Under the pieces are notes generated by a model, which had not been told where the DNA came from, searched no databases, and worked only from the letters and a program-made list of their open reading frames with translations. A stretch of DNA of 64,000 bases from an uncultured Gemmataceae bacterium (GTDB lineage Bacteria; Planctomycetota; Planctomycetia; Gemmatales; Gemmataceae): NCBI GenBank assembly GCA_963750165.1, contig CAVVPN010000004.1:1-64000 (forward strand). Reading direction: 5' to 3'. The translations under genes were made by a program, and so were the position numbers. Of this stretch, positions 30,733 through 41,615 are shown piece after piece (position 1 is the stretch's first letter; every line of letters begins with the position of its first letter).

Positions 30733-30979
30733 CGCGGTCGGGTTCCTTGTGCTCAACAACGGCGCCATACCAGAAGCTGGAACGCCTGCAGGAGCTGGTC
30801 AAGGACGACGGCTTCCTCCACCACTTCGGCAGCCGCACCTTCGCGCACGACGATCCGCCGACGGCCGAGGCACGCTGACGCGCGGGCCCCGGCCGCCGTC
30901 GAAGCCGGCACTGCTCAGCGTCAGGCTGCTTGCCATGCGCCCGTCAGGCGGTGGGAGGCGGCGGCGAGCGCGCGGAGGG

Positions 30980-31079
30980 TGGCACAACGGGGCAAGGGCT
31001 GTCGCCGTCTGCCAGAGCAAGGGGGCCAAGGGGGCCAAGAATGCCAACTTTTTTACATGTCGAGATTGGGCACCCTTGG
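30980..31079 (+). repeat. 100-bp dispersed element, copy B
   Basis: TGGCAC-N24-TGCCAGAGCAAGGGGGCCAAGGGGGCCAAGAATGCCAACTTTTTTACATGTCGAGATTGGGCACCCTTG. Confidence 0.85.
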
Positions 31080-31391
31080 TGGCCCCGCGCCACCCCGGGA
31101 GGCGGCGGTCCCGCTGAAAGGTGCAAGCAAATCGCTGGTCCGCAACGTCACGCGGTCGGCCTGGGCCAGGCTTGACACAGTAGTCATCGACTTCCTGGCT
31201 GCGGGACGAATTGTTCGGACCACGGTGGCGGTTGCTCGCCCTGCCTGCCGTTCTCCTCAGAGGATCATCCTGTCTGCCCCGGCGCGGCCGGGCGCTTCAG
31301 CACATTGCGCTTGCGGAAAGCACCGATCCTGCGCGCCCACGCCGCTGCCGCGCCGGTCGCCCGGCCTCATCGGATTTATCGGGGGTGCATC

Positions 31392-33239
31392 ATGGTGGCG
31401 ACTCCGGTGCCATCTATCCTGATCGTGGAAGACGACGAGGGCGTGGCGGCCCTGCAGAGCCGCTACCTGGAGCGGGCGGGCTACAGGGTGACCGCCGTGC
31501 CCACTGCCGCCCTGGCCGCCGAGCGCGTCCGCCAGGGCGGTGTCCACCTGCTTGTGCTGGACTACATGCTACCCGACCTCAACGGCCTGGAACTGCTGCG
31601 CCGCCTCCGGGCCGCAGGCCAGGATCCGCCCGTGATCCTCGTGACCGCCCTGAACAACGAGTCCACCATCCTCGAAGCCCTGCGCGGGCGTTCGCGACTT
31701 CGTCACCAAGTCGATGGCCTACCTCGATTACCTGCCCGAGGCAGTGGGGCGGGTGCTGCAACAGACGCGCGCGGAATGGCAGCTGCGCGAGCAGGCCGCC
31801 CTGCTCGACGAGGCCGGTGACGCGATCCTGGTGTGCGACCGGGAGGACTGCATCGTGTACTGGAACCGCGGCGCCGAACGGCTGTACGGTTGGCCGCGGG
31901 AGGAAGCGCTGGACCGGGAGGTGGCGGCGCTGCTCTTCCCGGGCCGGTCGCCCGAGCTGGCCGAGGCGCGGCGGCTGCTACTGGAGACGGGCGCGTGGTC
32001 CGGCGAACTGCGGCAGATGACGCGCGCCGGGGCCGAGGTCGTCGTCGAGAGCCGCTGGTTCCTGGTGCGCGACGAGCAGGGCCAGCCGCGCACCTCCTTG
32101 ATGCTCAACACCGACGTGACCGAGAAGCGGCGGTTGCAGGAGCAGGCGCTGCGGGCGCAGCGGCTGGAGAGCATCGGCACGCTGGCCGGCGGCATCGCCC
32201 ACGACCTCAACAACGCCCTGACGCCGATCAGCATGGCCATCGAACTCCTCCGGACGCCGCAGCCGGAAGAGCAGCGGCAGGCGCTGCTGAGCGTCCTGGA
32301 GAGCAGTACCGCCCGCGGCACCGAGCTGGTCCGGCAGGTGCTAGCGTTCGCCCGCGGGTCCGGGGGGCGCCGCGCCCGGTGCAGCTCTGGCACCTGCTCG
32401 GCGACCTGGAGCGGATGCTGCGGCAGACCCTGCCCAAGTCGGTGGTGATCGAGACGGCTGTGGCCCGCGACCTGTGGCCGGTGCTGGGCGACGCCACGCA
32501 GCTGTACCAGGTGCTGCTGAACCTGTGCGTCAACGCCCGTGACGCGATGCCGCACGGCGGTCTGCTGACCCTCCACGCCGCCAACCGCCCCCTGGACGCC
32601 GCCGGCCCGCACGTGCTCGTCTCGGTCGCGGACACCGGCGGCGGCATGTCGGCGGCCGTGCTGGAGAAAATCTTCGACCCCTTCTTCACGACCAAGGAGA
32701 CGGGCACCGGCCTCGGCCTGTCCACGGCGCTGGGCATCGTGAAGAGCCACCGGGGTTTCATCACCGTTCACAGCGATGTCGGAAGGGGGTCGCGGTTCAT
32801 GGTGTATTTACCGTCCGCCGAGGCCGTCGCGGCCGAACCAGCCCCCGCCGCCGCCGCCCTGCCCGCCGGCAGCGGCGAAGAGATCCTCGTCGTGGACGAC
32901 GAGGCGCCCGTGCGGCGGATCGCCCAGGCCGTGCTGGAGGCTTACGGCTATCGCGTGCTGACCGCCCGGAGCGGCGAGGAGGCGTTGGCGACGCTCGCCG
33001 GGCGCCGGCGCGAGGTGCGCGCGGTGGTAACCGACATCATGATGCCGGGCATGGGTGGCGTGGCTGCCATCCAGGCGCTGCGGGGGTTGGCTCCCGGCGT
33101 CCGCGTGTTGGCCATGACCGGTCTGAGCCTGTCCGGCCCGCAGGAGGTGGGGGCGGACGCGGTACTGCCGAAGCCGTTCACCGCCGCGAGCCTGCTGACG
33201 GCCCTGCGGAAACTGCTCGGCGAAGGCGGGGCCGAGTAG
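31392..33239 (+). CDS. Hybrid sensor kinase REC-PAS-HisKA-HATPase-REC; apparent frameshifts at ~31690 and ~32370
   Basis: ILIVEDD...LVLDYMLPDLNG; YWNRGAERLYGW; LAGGIAHDLNN; QVLLNLCVNARDAM, FDPFFTTK..GTGLGL; ILVVDDE...TDIMMPGMGG. Confidence 0.88.
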
Positions 33240-33315
33240 AGGCTACCCGTTGGTTTCACGTCAAGCCGCCAGTGGCAGAACAGCCCACAACTCCAGGGCC
33301 GTTTCCTTTTGTCGT

Positions 33316-33420
33316 AAGTGCGTTCGGAAACAAAGACGATTCGCCCGAGCAGACGGCCGCTTACTCCGCGCGTACGCTCCGTGCGCGGCTCGGCGGCGCT
33401 CCTTGCTTCCGAACGCGCTT
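33316..33420. mobile_element. Possible decayed MITE-like element with 18-bp imperfect TIRs around a REP-like core
   Basis: AAGTGCGTTCGGAAACAA vs reverse complement AAGCGCGTTCGGAAGCAA (16/18); core ccgcttactccg...gtgcgcggctc. Confidence 0.5.
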
Positions 33421-33539
33421 CCTGAGAGAGCCAGAAGCGGCTTGACACAAACCAGTCATGGACTTACTGTGCGTCGTCGCCCGAGGGAACCGGGACCAGC
33501 CCCCAGGAGGCGGGGTTGGGTGGAGAAGGGAGTCGGCTC

Positions 33540-34691
33540 ATGTCCACGACGCTCGGAGTGCCACTGTGCGATCTGCAAGGTCAATTTCGCGAACTGGAGC
33601 CGCAACTGCTCGAGGCGGTGGCGCGCGTCCTGCGGTCGGGGCAGGTGATCCTCGGCCCGGAGGTGGAGGGCCTCGAACAGGAGCTGGCCCGCTACTGCGG
33701 CGCTGGCTACGCAGTCGGCTGCGCTTCCGGCACCGATGCGCTGCTGCTGGCGCTGCACGCCCTGGGCGTCGGCCCCGGCGATGAGGTGATCCTGCCGCCG
33801 TTCACCTTTTTCGCCACCGTCGGCGCCGTCTGCCGCACCGGCGCCCGGCCCGTCTTCGCCGACATCGACCGGGCCACCTTCAACCTCGACCCGCTTCAGG
33901 TCGAGAACAAGGTCACGCCGCGGACGCGCGCGATCATCGCCGTCCACCTGTACGGCCAGTGCGTGGACATGGAACCGCTGTGGCACGTGGCCGAGCGGCA
34001 CAACCTGCCGATCGTCGAGGACGCCGCCCAGGCCCTCGGCGCCGAGTACCAGAAGAAGCGCGCCGGCACTCTGGGGGCCATCGGCTGCTTCAGCTTTTAC
34101 CCGAGCAAGAACCTGGGCACTTACGGCGACGCGGGCATGGTTGTGACCAATGATCCGGACTGGGCGACGCACATGCGCTGCCTGCGCGTCCACGGCATGC
34201 AGCCGAAGTATCATCATCAGTTCATGGGTTGGAACGCCCGTCTGGACGCCCTGCAAGCGGCCCTGCTGCGCGTGAAGCTGGCACACCTGGACCGCTGGAC
34301 GGAGCAGCGTCAACGGGCGGCCCAGCGCTACGACGCGCTGATCGAGGAAGGGCATCTGGGCCAGTATTTGCTGCGGCCGGTGGTGCGGCCGCAGCGGCGA
34401 CACGTGTTCAACCAGTACGTGGTGCGCGTGGCCGATGGCCAGCGCGACGGGCTGGTGCGGCACCTGCAGGCGGAGAAGATCGGCTGCGAGATTTACTACC
34501 CGATCCCCCTGCATCGGCAACCGTGCCTGAATTACCTGGGTTACGCGGAAGGGGACTTCCCGGCCAGCGAGGAGGCCAGCCGCTGCGTGCTGGCGCTGCC
34601 AATGTTCCCGGAACTCACGGCCGAGCAGCAGCGGCGTGTGGTGCAGAGCTGCGCCGCCTTCGCCCGCAAGCGCTCGCGCATGGCAGCGTAA
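33540..34691 (+). CDS. DegT/DnrJ/EryC1/StrS PLP aminotransferase
   Basis: SGTDALLLAL, GPGDEVI, VHLYGQ, EDAAQALG, FSFYPSKNLG.YGDAG, NARLDALQAA. Confidence 0.95.
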   Translation: MSTTLGVPLCDLQGQFRELEPQLLEAVARVLRSGQVILGPEVEGLEQELARYCGAGYAVGCASGTDALLLALHALGVGPGDEVILPPFTFFATVGAVCRTGARPVFADIDRATFNLDPLQVENKVTPRTRAIIAVHLYGQCVDMEPLWHVAERHNLPIVEDAAQALGAEYQKKRAGTLGAIGCFSFYPSKNLGTYGDAGMVVTNDPDWATHMRCLRVHGMQPKYHHQFMGWNARLDALQAALLRVKLAHLDRWTEQRQRAAQRYDALIEEGHLGQYLLRPVVRPQRRHVFNQYVVRVADGQRDGLVRHLQAEKIGCEIYYPIPLHRQPCLNYLGYAEGDFPASEEASRCVLALPMFPELTAEQQRRVVQSCAAFARKRSRMAA

Positions 34692-34695
34692 GAGT

Positions 34696-34830
34696 AAAAC
34701 CACGGAACCCACGGAACACACGGAAAAAAAGACAGAAGAATGAGTGAGTCGGGTGAAGTCCCTGGATTCAACCCTCGCTCACCCACTCTTCTGTCTTTTT
34801 TTCCGTGTGTTCCGTGGGTTCCGTGGTTTT
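34696..34830. repeat. Long palindrome with 9-bp-periodic arms (CACGGAA) between convergent genes
   Basis: Perfect 44-bp arms aaaaccacggaacccacggaacacacggaaaaaaagacagaaga and its complement. Confidence 0.88.
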
Positions 34831-34836
34831 AGTCCC

Positions 34837-36771
34837 TTACTTCGAGGCTCCCCACAGCCGGACGCTCCGGTCCATGCTGCCGCTGAGGAGCTGCTGGCCG
34901 TCCGGCGCGACCGCCAGGCCGTAGACGCCGCCGTTGTGGCCGTTCAACTGCCGCAACTCCCGCCCGCTGTCCACGTCCCAGATGCGCACCGTGCCGTCGT
35001 CGCCGCCGCTGACCAGCTTGCGGCCGTCGCTGGCGAACGCCAGGCTCACCACTGCCCCCTTGTGGCCGCGGAACCGCCGCACTTCCTTGCCGGTGGCCAC
35101 CTCCCACAGCAGAATGGTGTGGTCGTTGCTCGCGGAGGCCACGCGGTCGCCCTCCGGCGAAAACGCCACCGACCAGACCGGCAGCGTGTGGCCCGTGAAC
35201 TGCTTCAGTTCCTTACGGGCCCCCAGGTCCCACAGCCGTACCGTGTCATCCGCGCCGCCCGAGACCGCCTGGCGGCCGTCCGGCGAGAAGGCGACACGGT
35301 TCACGCAGCCGCGGTGCCCCGTCAATTTGGCCAGCTCGTTGCCCGTGCTCACGTCCCAGAGCCGCACCGTGCCGTCCGCCCCGGCCGTCAGCGCCCGCAG
35401 CCCGTCCGGCGAAAACGCCACCTGGAACACCGGCTCGTTGTGGCCGCTGAACTGCCGCAGCTCCTTCGCCGCCGACACGTCCCAGAGCCGCACCGTGCCG
35501 TCCTGGCCGCACGACAACAGGAAGCGGCCGTCCGGCGACCAGGCCACGCCCTCGACTCCGGCGCTGTGGCCCTCCAGGCGCTGGGCCTCGCGCCCGCCCA
35601 CCAGGTCCCAGACACGGATGCTGCGGTCCCAGCTGGCCGAGGCGGCCCGGTGGCCGTCCGGCGCGAACGCCACACTCAGCACGGCGTCGCCGTGGCCGTT
35701 GAAAACCTGCACCGACACGGCCACGTCCGCCAGCGGGGCGGTCAGGCCCGGCGGCGTGTGCTGCAGATCCGGCGGCACCTGGGCCAGCAGGAGCTTGATT
35801 TCCGTCTCGACCGAGCGCCGCGTCAGGCCCGCCGTTTTGTCCAGCGCCTGGCGATACCAGTGGACGGCGCGCAGCAGCAGGTGTGCCCGGGCGGGCTCCT
35901 TCTCCTGCTTGTGCAGGGCGGCCCAGTCCTCGGCGAGGGTCATCTGCTCCCGGGTGTCCTTGGGGGTGGCCAGGTCGCGCCGGGCCAGCTTCCGCAGCTC
36001 GCCGTCCTTGCCCCTGGCCAGCAGAGGCAGACCCTTCTCCCAGCTGCCGCGCGTCAGGCAGAAATACCGGCCGGCGGTCTGGTTGGCGTCCGCGTTGTCC
36101 GGGTTCTTCTTCAGCGCCACCAGGGCCGGCTGCACGTTCTGATACCCCGTTCGCATGGCCTCCACCTGCTCCGCCCGCTTCTTCACCCGGCCCAGCAGCG
36201 GCAGCGACTTGCTGCGGATGGCCGCCTCCTCGGCGATGCGCAACAGCTTCTGCGCCGCGTCGAACCGGTCGGCGGCCACGGCCTCGCTCACGAAGCGCAG
36301 CGTCACCTCGGTCAATTGCCGCAGCGGGAACTCCCCCTGGACGTTCTTGGCCGCGCCCTGAAGCATGTCGATGCGCATGGCCGCGGCGTCGATCACATAA
36401 AGCTTGTTCAATTCGTCGATGGCACTGAACGCCAGACGCAGGTCGCCGGCGGACGCGGCCAGGTCGCGGGCCTCCAGGTAGCCGATGTAGCGCAGCACCG
36501 GATCCTCGCGGGTCGCCCGGCTCTCGTTGAACACCTTCAGGGCCAGGACGCGGCGCGCGGCGTCGGACTTCTGGGCCTCGGCGTAGCTGTCCTGGAAGAT
36601 GCGCTTGACGGCGGCGCGGGCCTTGGCCTGGGCCGCCTCGCCGGGCGGCGGCAGTTTGGCCTGCTGCTTGCCAGTGTCGCCGGCCGGCGCTAACGTCGCA
36701 GTCAGCAGCGCCACCAGGCCGCCACACCACCACGCCAGACGCCCGGGCCGACAGAGTTGATGGGTTCGCAT
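34837..36771 (-). CDS. Exported protein with helical N-terminal domain and C-terminal WD40 propeller
   Basis: Signal-like N-terminus; GRYFCLTRGSWEKGLPLLA; seven GH...WD repeats. Confidence 0.9.
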   Translation of the reverse strand: MRTHQLCRPGRLAWWCGGLVALLTATLAPAGDTGKQQAKLPPPGEAAQAKARAAVKRIFQDSYAEAQKSDAARRVLALKVFNESRATREDPVLRYIGYLEARDLAASAGDLRLAFSAIDELNKLYVIDAAAMRIDMLQGAAKNVQGEFPLRQLTEVTLRFVSEAVAADRFDAAQKLLRIAEEAAIRSKSLPLLGRVKKRAEQVEAMRTGYQNVQPALVALKKNPDNADANQTAGRYFCLTRGSWEKGLPLLARGKDGELRKLARRDLATPKDTREQMTLAEDWAALHKQEKEPARAHLLLRAVHWYRQALDKTAGLTRRSVETEIKLLLAQVPPDLQHTPPGLTAPLADVAVSVQVFNGHGDAVLSVAFAPDGHRAASASWDRSIRVWDLVGGREAQRLEGHSAGVEGVAWSPDGRFLLSCGQDGTVRLWDVSAAKELRQFSGHNEPVFQVAFSPDGLRALTAGADGTVRLWDVSTGNELAKLTGHRGCVNRVAFSPDGRQAVSGGADDTVRLWDLGARKELKQFTGHTLPVWSVAFSPEGDRVASASNDHTILLWEVATGKEVRRFRGHKGAVVSLAFASDGRKLVSGGDDGTVRIWDVDSGRELRQLNGHNGGVYGLAVAPDGQQLLSGSMDRSVRLWGASK

Positions 36772-36837
36772 AACCACCTCGCAGAAAGAGGCCGCCGTCC
36801 TCGTCGCGGGACCGGTCCGTTCCGCTATCGTATAACG

Positions 36838-36887
36838 AACCCGACGCGCAAGCGAGGGTTCTGTTTCCCTTGCTTGCGCGTCGGGTT
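36838..36887. repeat. REP-like palindrome AACCCGACGCGCAAGCGAGGG / CCCTTGCTTGCGCGTCGGGTT
   Basis: 21-bp arms with one mismatch; intergenic. Confidence 0.75.
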
Positions 36888-36899
36888 GCTGGGATGGAT

Positions 36900-39040
36900 T
36901 CAGGAAGGGAGCGGCCCGCCCGTCAGCTCGACGCCAAGGGCCCTGAGGCGGCGTTCCAGTTCGGCGGCGTTCTCCTCGCTGACCACCAGCGCGGTCGGCC
37001 CCAATCGCGCCTCGATGAACGCCCGCGTGCCCGGCCATTGTTGCAGGCCATCGGCGAGGTCGGGCGTCGGCACGCTCAGCACCAGATAGCGCTGCAGTTG
37101 CACCGGCGTCTCCGGCCCGGCCTGGAACAGCAACCGGCCGGCCGGCGGCAGCGGGTGGCCGCTGCGCTGGGCGAACCATTGTTCGAGCGCCGCCAGACTG
37201 AGGCCGCCCTGACGGGCCGCGGCGACAGACTCCGGCGTCAGGCGATACCAGCGCCGGCCGCCGTCGCCGCGGTCGAGCGGTTCGGCCAGCCGCTGCACCT
37301 CCGTTTCGATCAGCAGGTCCGACCGCGCCGGGTCGATGCTCAACGTCACACCGTCCGCGTCTACCTCGACGCACTTCTCCGGCGGCAGGGCGTAGTCGCG
37401 CGTTGCCGTCAGGCGGAAATGGCGGTAGTCGATGGCCTGCTCGTTGGCGACGATGGCCAGGCGGTCCGACAGCCGCACTGCCGGCACGCCGCGCGCCAGG
37501 GCGTCGTTGAGGTCCTCGGCGCTGTTGAACTCGAACAGGGCACCGGCGGCGAAAACCTGAATGCGGTCGCGCTTGTCCGCCCAGGTGCGCAGGGCGTTGA
37601 TGACCGCGTCCGGTGTCGCCTTCATGCCGTGCCGCTCCAGCGCGGCCAGGATCGTCTCAAAACTCTCGCCGGCCTCCAGCGCCCGGTACACGGTCTCGGG
37701 TTGGAGTTGCAACGTGCAGGCGGCGCCCAAATTTTTCCAGGCGGCGAAGCGGCCGAGGCGCAGAATCAGGGCTGGCGACAGGCCCTGGCGGTACGCGAGG
37801 ATTTCCAGGTTGGGCTGCACCAGCAGCGTTTGCGGAAACGCCGGCTCCGCGGCGCCGGCCCTTGCCCGAGCAGCCACCGGCCCGTCGCCGACAGCCGCAG
37901 CACCCAGCCGCCTTCGCCGGTTCGGACCGCCTGCACCAGACGCAACTGATAAACCAGGCCGAGCAGGAACGTTTCCAGCTGGCCCCTGTCTTCCCTGTCG
38001 CCGGTGCCGTGCCAGAACGGGTGCCGCTCCAGCAACCAGGCTTCCAGGTCGCGCGGCCGCGCCCAGCCGTCGGCCGGCAACCGGCTCAGCAGCAGCAGCG
38101 CCAACAAGTAGAACGACGGATACGGGTTGGCCGCCTGCGTGGCAATGTGCCAGCCCTGCCGCGGGTTCCACGACCGCAGCCGCAGCAGCCCCGCCCACAG
38201 CGACGCGAGGCCAGCAGCCAGCCCCTGTTCCCAGGTCGCGGGCGGCTCACCGGCGGTCAGTTCGCCGTCGGCCTCGCGGAGCAGCCCTTCGCTGCGGGCC
38301 AGAGCCACGGCCAGCAAGCCAGCGTCCGGCGGTGTCGCCAGTTCGTCCGGCGCCGCGGCGTTCAGCAGCGGGTCGGAGCGCAGGCGGTCGAGGTCGCGCT
38401 TGAAGAAATCGCCCTGCTGGGTGCGGCGCAGCGGGCCGTGGACCGCCACCTGCTGCCACAGCACCGCCAGCCGCAACGGCCATTGCAGCCCGTCCGCCTC
38501 GGACACCGCCTGCGCCGCCGGCAGCGTCACGGCCCCCGGACAGGGCGGCAAATCGAGGTCCAGCCCGACGGCTCGTGCGGTGACCAGCGGGTGCGCGAAC
38601 ACCGCCAGTTGCTCCGGCGCCGACTGGGCGAGCCACTGCCGGAAGTGCCGCACCCGGGCGCCGTTCGTGGGGTGCGCCGGCGGGCCGAGATCGGGGCAGA
38701 GCAGGCCCGCCTCCAGCAATTCGATGACGGGTTCCAGGCCGTCCGCCTGGCCGAGTGTGACCAGCAGTTCGACGAGGTTGCCGACCTGCCAGCGCGGCTG
38801 ACGGCTGAGGCCGATGAGCGCGAGCAGCCGGCGGGCGGCCGATCCAACCTCGGCGAGGCGGCGGTCGAGGACGGCGGGGTTGTGGACGGTGGCGACGCTG
38901 CGCTCGACGAGTTCCTCGACGGGCCACTGGTTGCGCGGCTTGCACAGGCGGCCGGCGACCTGGCGCAGCAGCGGTTCGTCATAGGCGCGCAGGGTCTGCC
39001 GCAGGTGTTCGGACCAGGGGGTTGGGTCGGCGGTTATCAT
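36900..39040 (-). CDS. XPB/Ssl2 helicase-associated domain protein; apparent frameshift at ~37850
   Basis: LRRTQQGDFFKRD; C-terminal LLVQPNLEILAY...LQPETVYRALEAG...PDAVINALRTW and YRLTPESVAAA. ORFs 37766-39370 and 36900-38198 join. Confidence 0.8.
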
Positions 39041-39255
39041 GTGACCACCTGGGGTGTGTGGCCCATGCGGCGCAGTTCCTGGACCACCGCCTCGACGCGG
39101 CCGGCGCGGACCAGCAGCACGCGCTCCGCCAGGCGGCCGGCCACGTCCTGCGCCAGGCGGCGGTTGGCCAGCAGTTCCTCGGCCAGCACCACGTCCTCGG
39201 TGCAAATCAGCGAGACGCGGCGGTGCAGTTTGACGGGGATGCGTGCTTTTTCCAT
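39037..39255 (-). CDS. Small hypothetical protein in the XPB operon
   Basis: 72 aa MEKARIPVKLHRRV...LRRMGHTPQVVT; its stop overlaps the next start (ATGA). Confidence 0.72.
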   Translation of the reverse strand: MEKARIPVKLHRRVSLICTEDVVLAEELLANRRLAQDVAGRLAERVLLVRAGRVEAVVQELRRMGHTPQVVT

Positions 39256-39320
39256 CCGCGGTAGCCTCAGAAATTCTGCCCCCTCGCCCCCTTCCAGGGG
39301 ACGAGGGGAGCAAGACCACC

Positions 39321-41023
39321 TCAACCGACCGTACACGGCTGCGGTCCGAGCAGGTCGGCGCCGTCCGCAATGCTGTAACTGTAGCCCTGCTCGGTCAGAA
39401 ACAGCTGCCGGTGGTGGGAGAAGTCCAGCTCGCGCGTGTCGCGCGTCACCAGCGTGTAAAAGTGGGCGGCTTCACCGTTCGCCTTGGGCCGCAGGATGCG
39501 CCCCAACCGCTGCGCTTCCTCCTGACGCGAGCCGAACGTGCCCGACACCTGGATCAGCACCTGTGCGTCCGGCAGATCAATGGCGAAATTGCCGACCTTG
39601 GACAGAATCAGGTGCTTGATCTCGCCGCGACGGAATTTGTTGTACAAATCCTCGCGCTCGGCGTTGTCGGTCTGGCCGGTGATGAGCGGCAGCTCGAAGC
39701 GGTCGCGGAGGGTGCGCAGTTGTTTGAGATACTGGCCGATGACGAGCACGTTCCTGTCGGCGTACTTCTCCAGCAGGTGGGCGACGACATCGTCCTTGGC
39801 CGGGTTCTCGCTGGCGATGCGGTACTTGTGGCGCCACTCGGCGACGGCGTACTCCATGCGCAGCGGCTCCGGCAGGGCCACGCGGACCTCCGTGCAGGTC
39901 GCCTCCGCGATCCAGCCGCGCGACTCCAGTTCGCGCCACGGCACATCGTATTTCTTCGGCCCGATCAGGCTGAACACGTCCTCCTCGCGGCCGTCCTCGC
40001 GGACCAGCGTCGCCGTCAGGCCGAGCCGCCGCCGCGCCTGGATGTGGGCGGTCACGCGGAACACTGGCGCCGGCAGCAGATGCACCTCGTCGTAGATGAT
40101 GAGGCCCCAGTCGCGCTCGTCGAACAGCTTGAAGTGCGGGAACTCTTCCTTGCGGTCGGGCCGGTGCGTCAGAATCTGATAGGTCGCCACGGTGACGGGG
40201 CCGATGTCCTTGGTCTCGCCGGTGTACTCGGCGACATCCTTCTCTTTCAGATCGGTCTTGTCGAGGATTTCGCGGCGCCACTGCTTGACGGCGGTGATGC
40301 TCGTGGTCAGCACCAGGGTGCTGCGCTGCACCTGGGCCATGGCCGCGATGCCAACGATGGTCTTGCCGGCGCCGCACGGCAGCACGATGACGCCGCTGCC
40401 GCCGCGCACGTCGCCGCCGGCGTAAAACACATCGGCCGCCTCGCGCTGGTAGTCGCGGACGTGGAACGGCAGCCCCGAGGCGGCGACGGGCGCAGGGCGG
40501 TCGGCAGCGGCGCGCCTTCGGTGTAGCCGGCCAGGTCCTCGGCGGGGTAGCCGACGGCGATCAGCGCCTGCTTGATGACGCCGCGGAACGCCGGATCGAT
40601 GGCGAAGCTGGTGGGGCCAAGGCGGTCGCTGAGGTAGTCGCGCACCTTCGGCTGGCGAGCCAGTTCTTCGAGCAGCGGCCGGTCGGGACAGGACAGTTTC
40701 AGGCGGTCGCCGTCGCGCTCAAGCTTGACGCGGCCGTAGCGGCCAACCAGCTCGGCGATGTCAGCGAGCAGGTTGTTGGGCAGCGGGAACTTGCTGAAGC
40801 GGCGGAGCACGTCGATCATGGCGTCGGCGGTCAGGCCGGCGGCGGCGGCGTTCCACAGCGACAGTGGCGTCAATCGATAGGTGTGGATATGTTCAGGACT
40901 TTTTTCGAGTTCCGCGAAGGGGGCGAGGGCGTCGCGGGCCTCGGCATAGCGGGGGTTGTCCACCTCCACCAGGACCGAGCGGTCGCCCTGAACGATGAGA
41001 GGGTTGCTGGGGTCGTACTGCAT
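39321..41023 (-). CDS. XPB/Rad25-like DNA repair helicase; apparent frameshift at ~40480
   Basis: NPLIVQGDRSVLVEV...ELEKSPEHIHTYRLTPLSLWNA; VLPCGAGKT, DEVH, LGLTATLVREDG, GSRQEEAQRLGRILRPK. Confidence 0.92.
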
Positions 41024-41280
41024 GCTGCGCTGAATCCTTCCGATGGACCGTCGAGGCTGCGAAAAGGGGCAGTGTAGTGGTTGCCCCGGAGCGCTGCAAG
41101 GCGAAGTGGCGTTTGGGTGGGCGCCTTCCGGGGCACGGGAACTTCACCAATCAAGCAATTATACTCCAGGGTGGCGGCGGGAAAAAAGAGCAGCCCGCTC
41201 CTGCACTCGGACGGGAGGGGTTGCCTGGCGCCCGACACACACCACCGCCCACGCACGCCGAGATGGAGCGGTTGGCGGGT

Positions 41281-41380
41281 TGGCACGGCGGGGCGTCCGC
41301 TGGCGCGGCTTGCCACAGCAAGAACGCCAAGGACGCCAAGAACGCCAACTTTTTCATACGTCGAGAATCGGCGCCCTTGG
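41281..41380 (+). repeat. 100-bp dispersed element, copy C
   Basis: TGGCAC-N24-TGCCACAGCAAGAACGCCAAGGACGCCAAGAACGCCAACTTTTTCATACGTCGAGAATCGGCGCCCTTG. Confidence 0.88.
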
Positions 41381-41471
41381 CCCGGGTTGGTCGCGGCCGC
41401 GCAGTCCAATACAATCACGCGGTCGAGGACGGTCCCACCGGCTAATACCAAATCGCCTTGATGATTCGCGT

Positions 41472-41531
41472 TACCAACCCGGAGCGCCAGCCACGGGTCG
41501 AGTTCCTCCGCGCTGGCGCTCCGGGCTGGTA
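41472..41531. repeat. REP-like palindrome TACCAACCCGGAGCGCCAGC ... GCTGGCGCTCCGGGCTGGTA
   Basis: 20-bp arms, one mismatch; same style as the 36838 repeat. Confidence 0.7.
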
Positions 41532-41615
41532 CGGACGAGATAGGCACGACAGCTCGAACGTGCTGTGCGAAGCATCCTGAGCTGAAGCACGTTTCTTGTC
41601 TTGGGGGGTTGTTCC

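Noticed and set aside
36900..41023. XPB helicase operon as a novel defence system
   Set aside because: XPB plus a helicase-associated-domain partner is a known bacterial arrangement; no nuclease, methylase or other defence genes are adjacent.
30980..41295. Sigma-54 promoter in the TGGCAC of the 100-bp element
   Set aside because: The GC falls one base too close and TTGC is absent in all three copies; sigma-54 spacing is strict.
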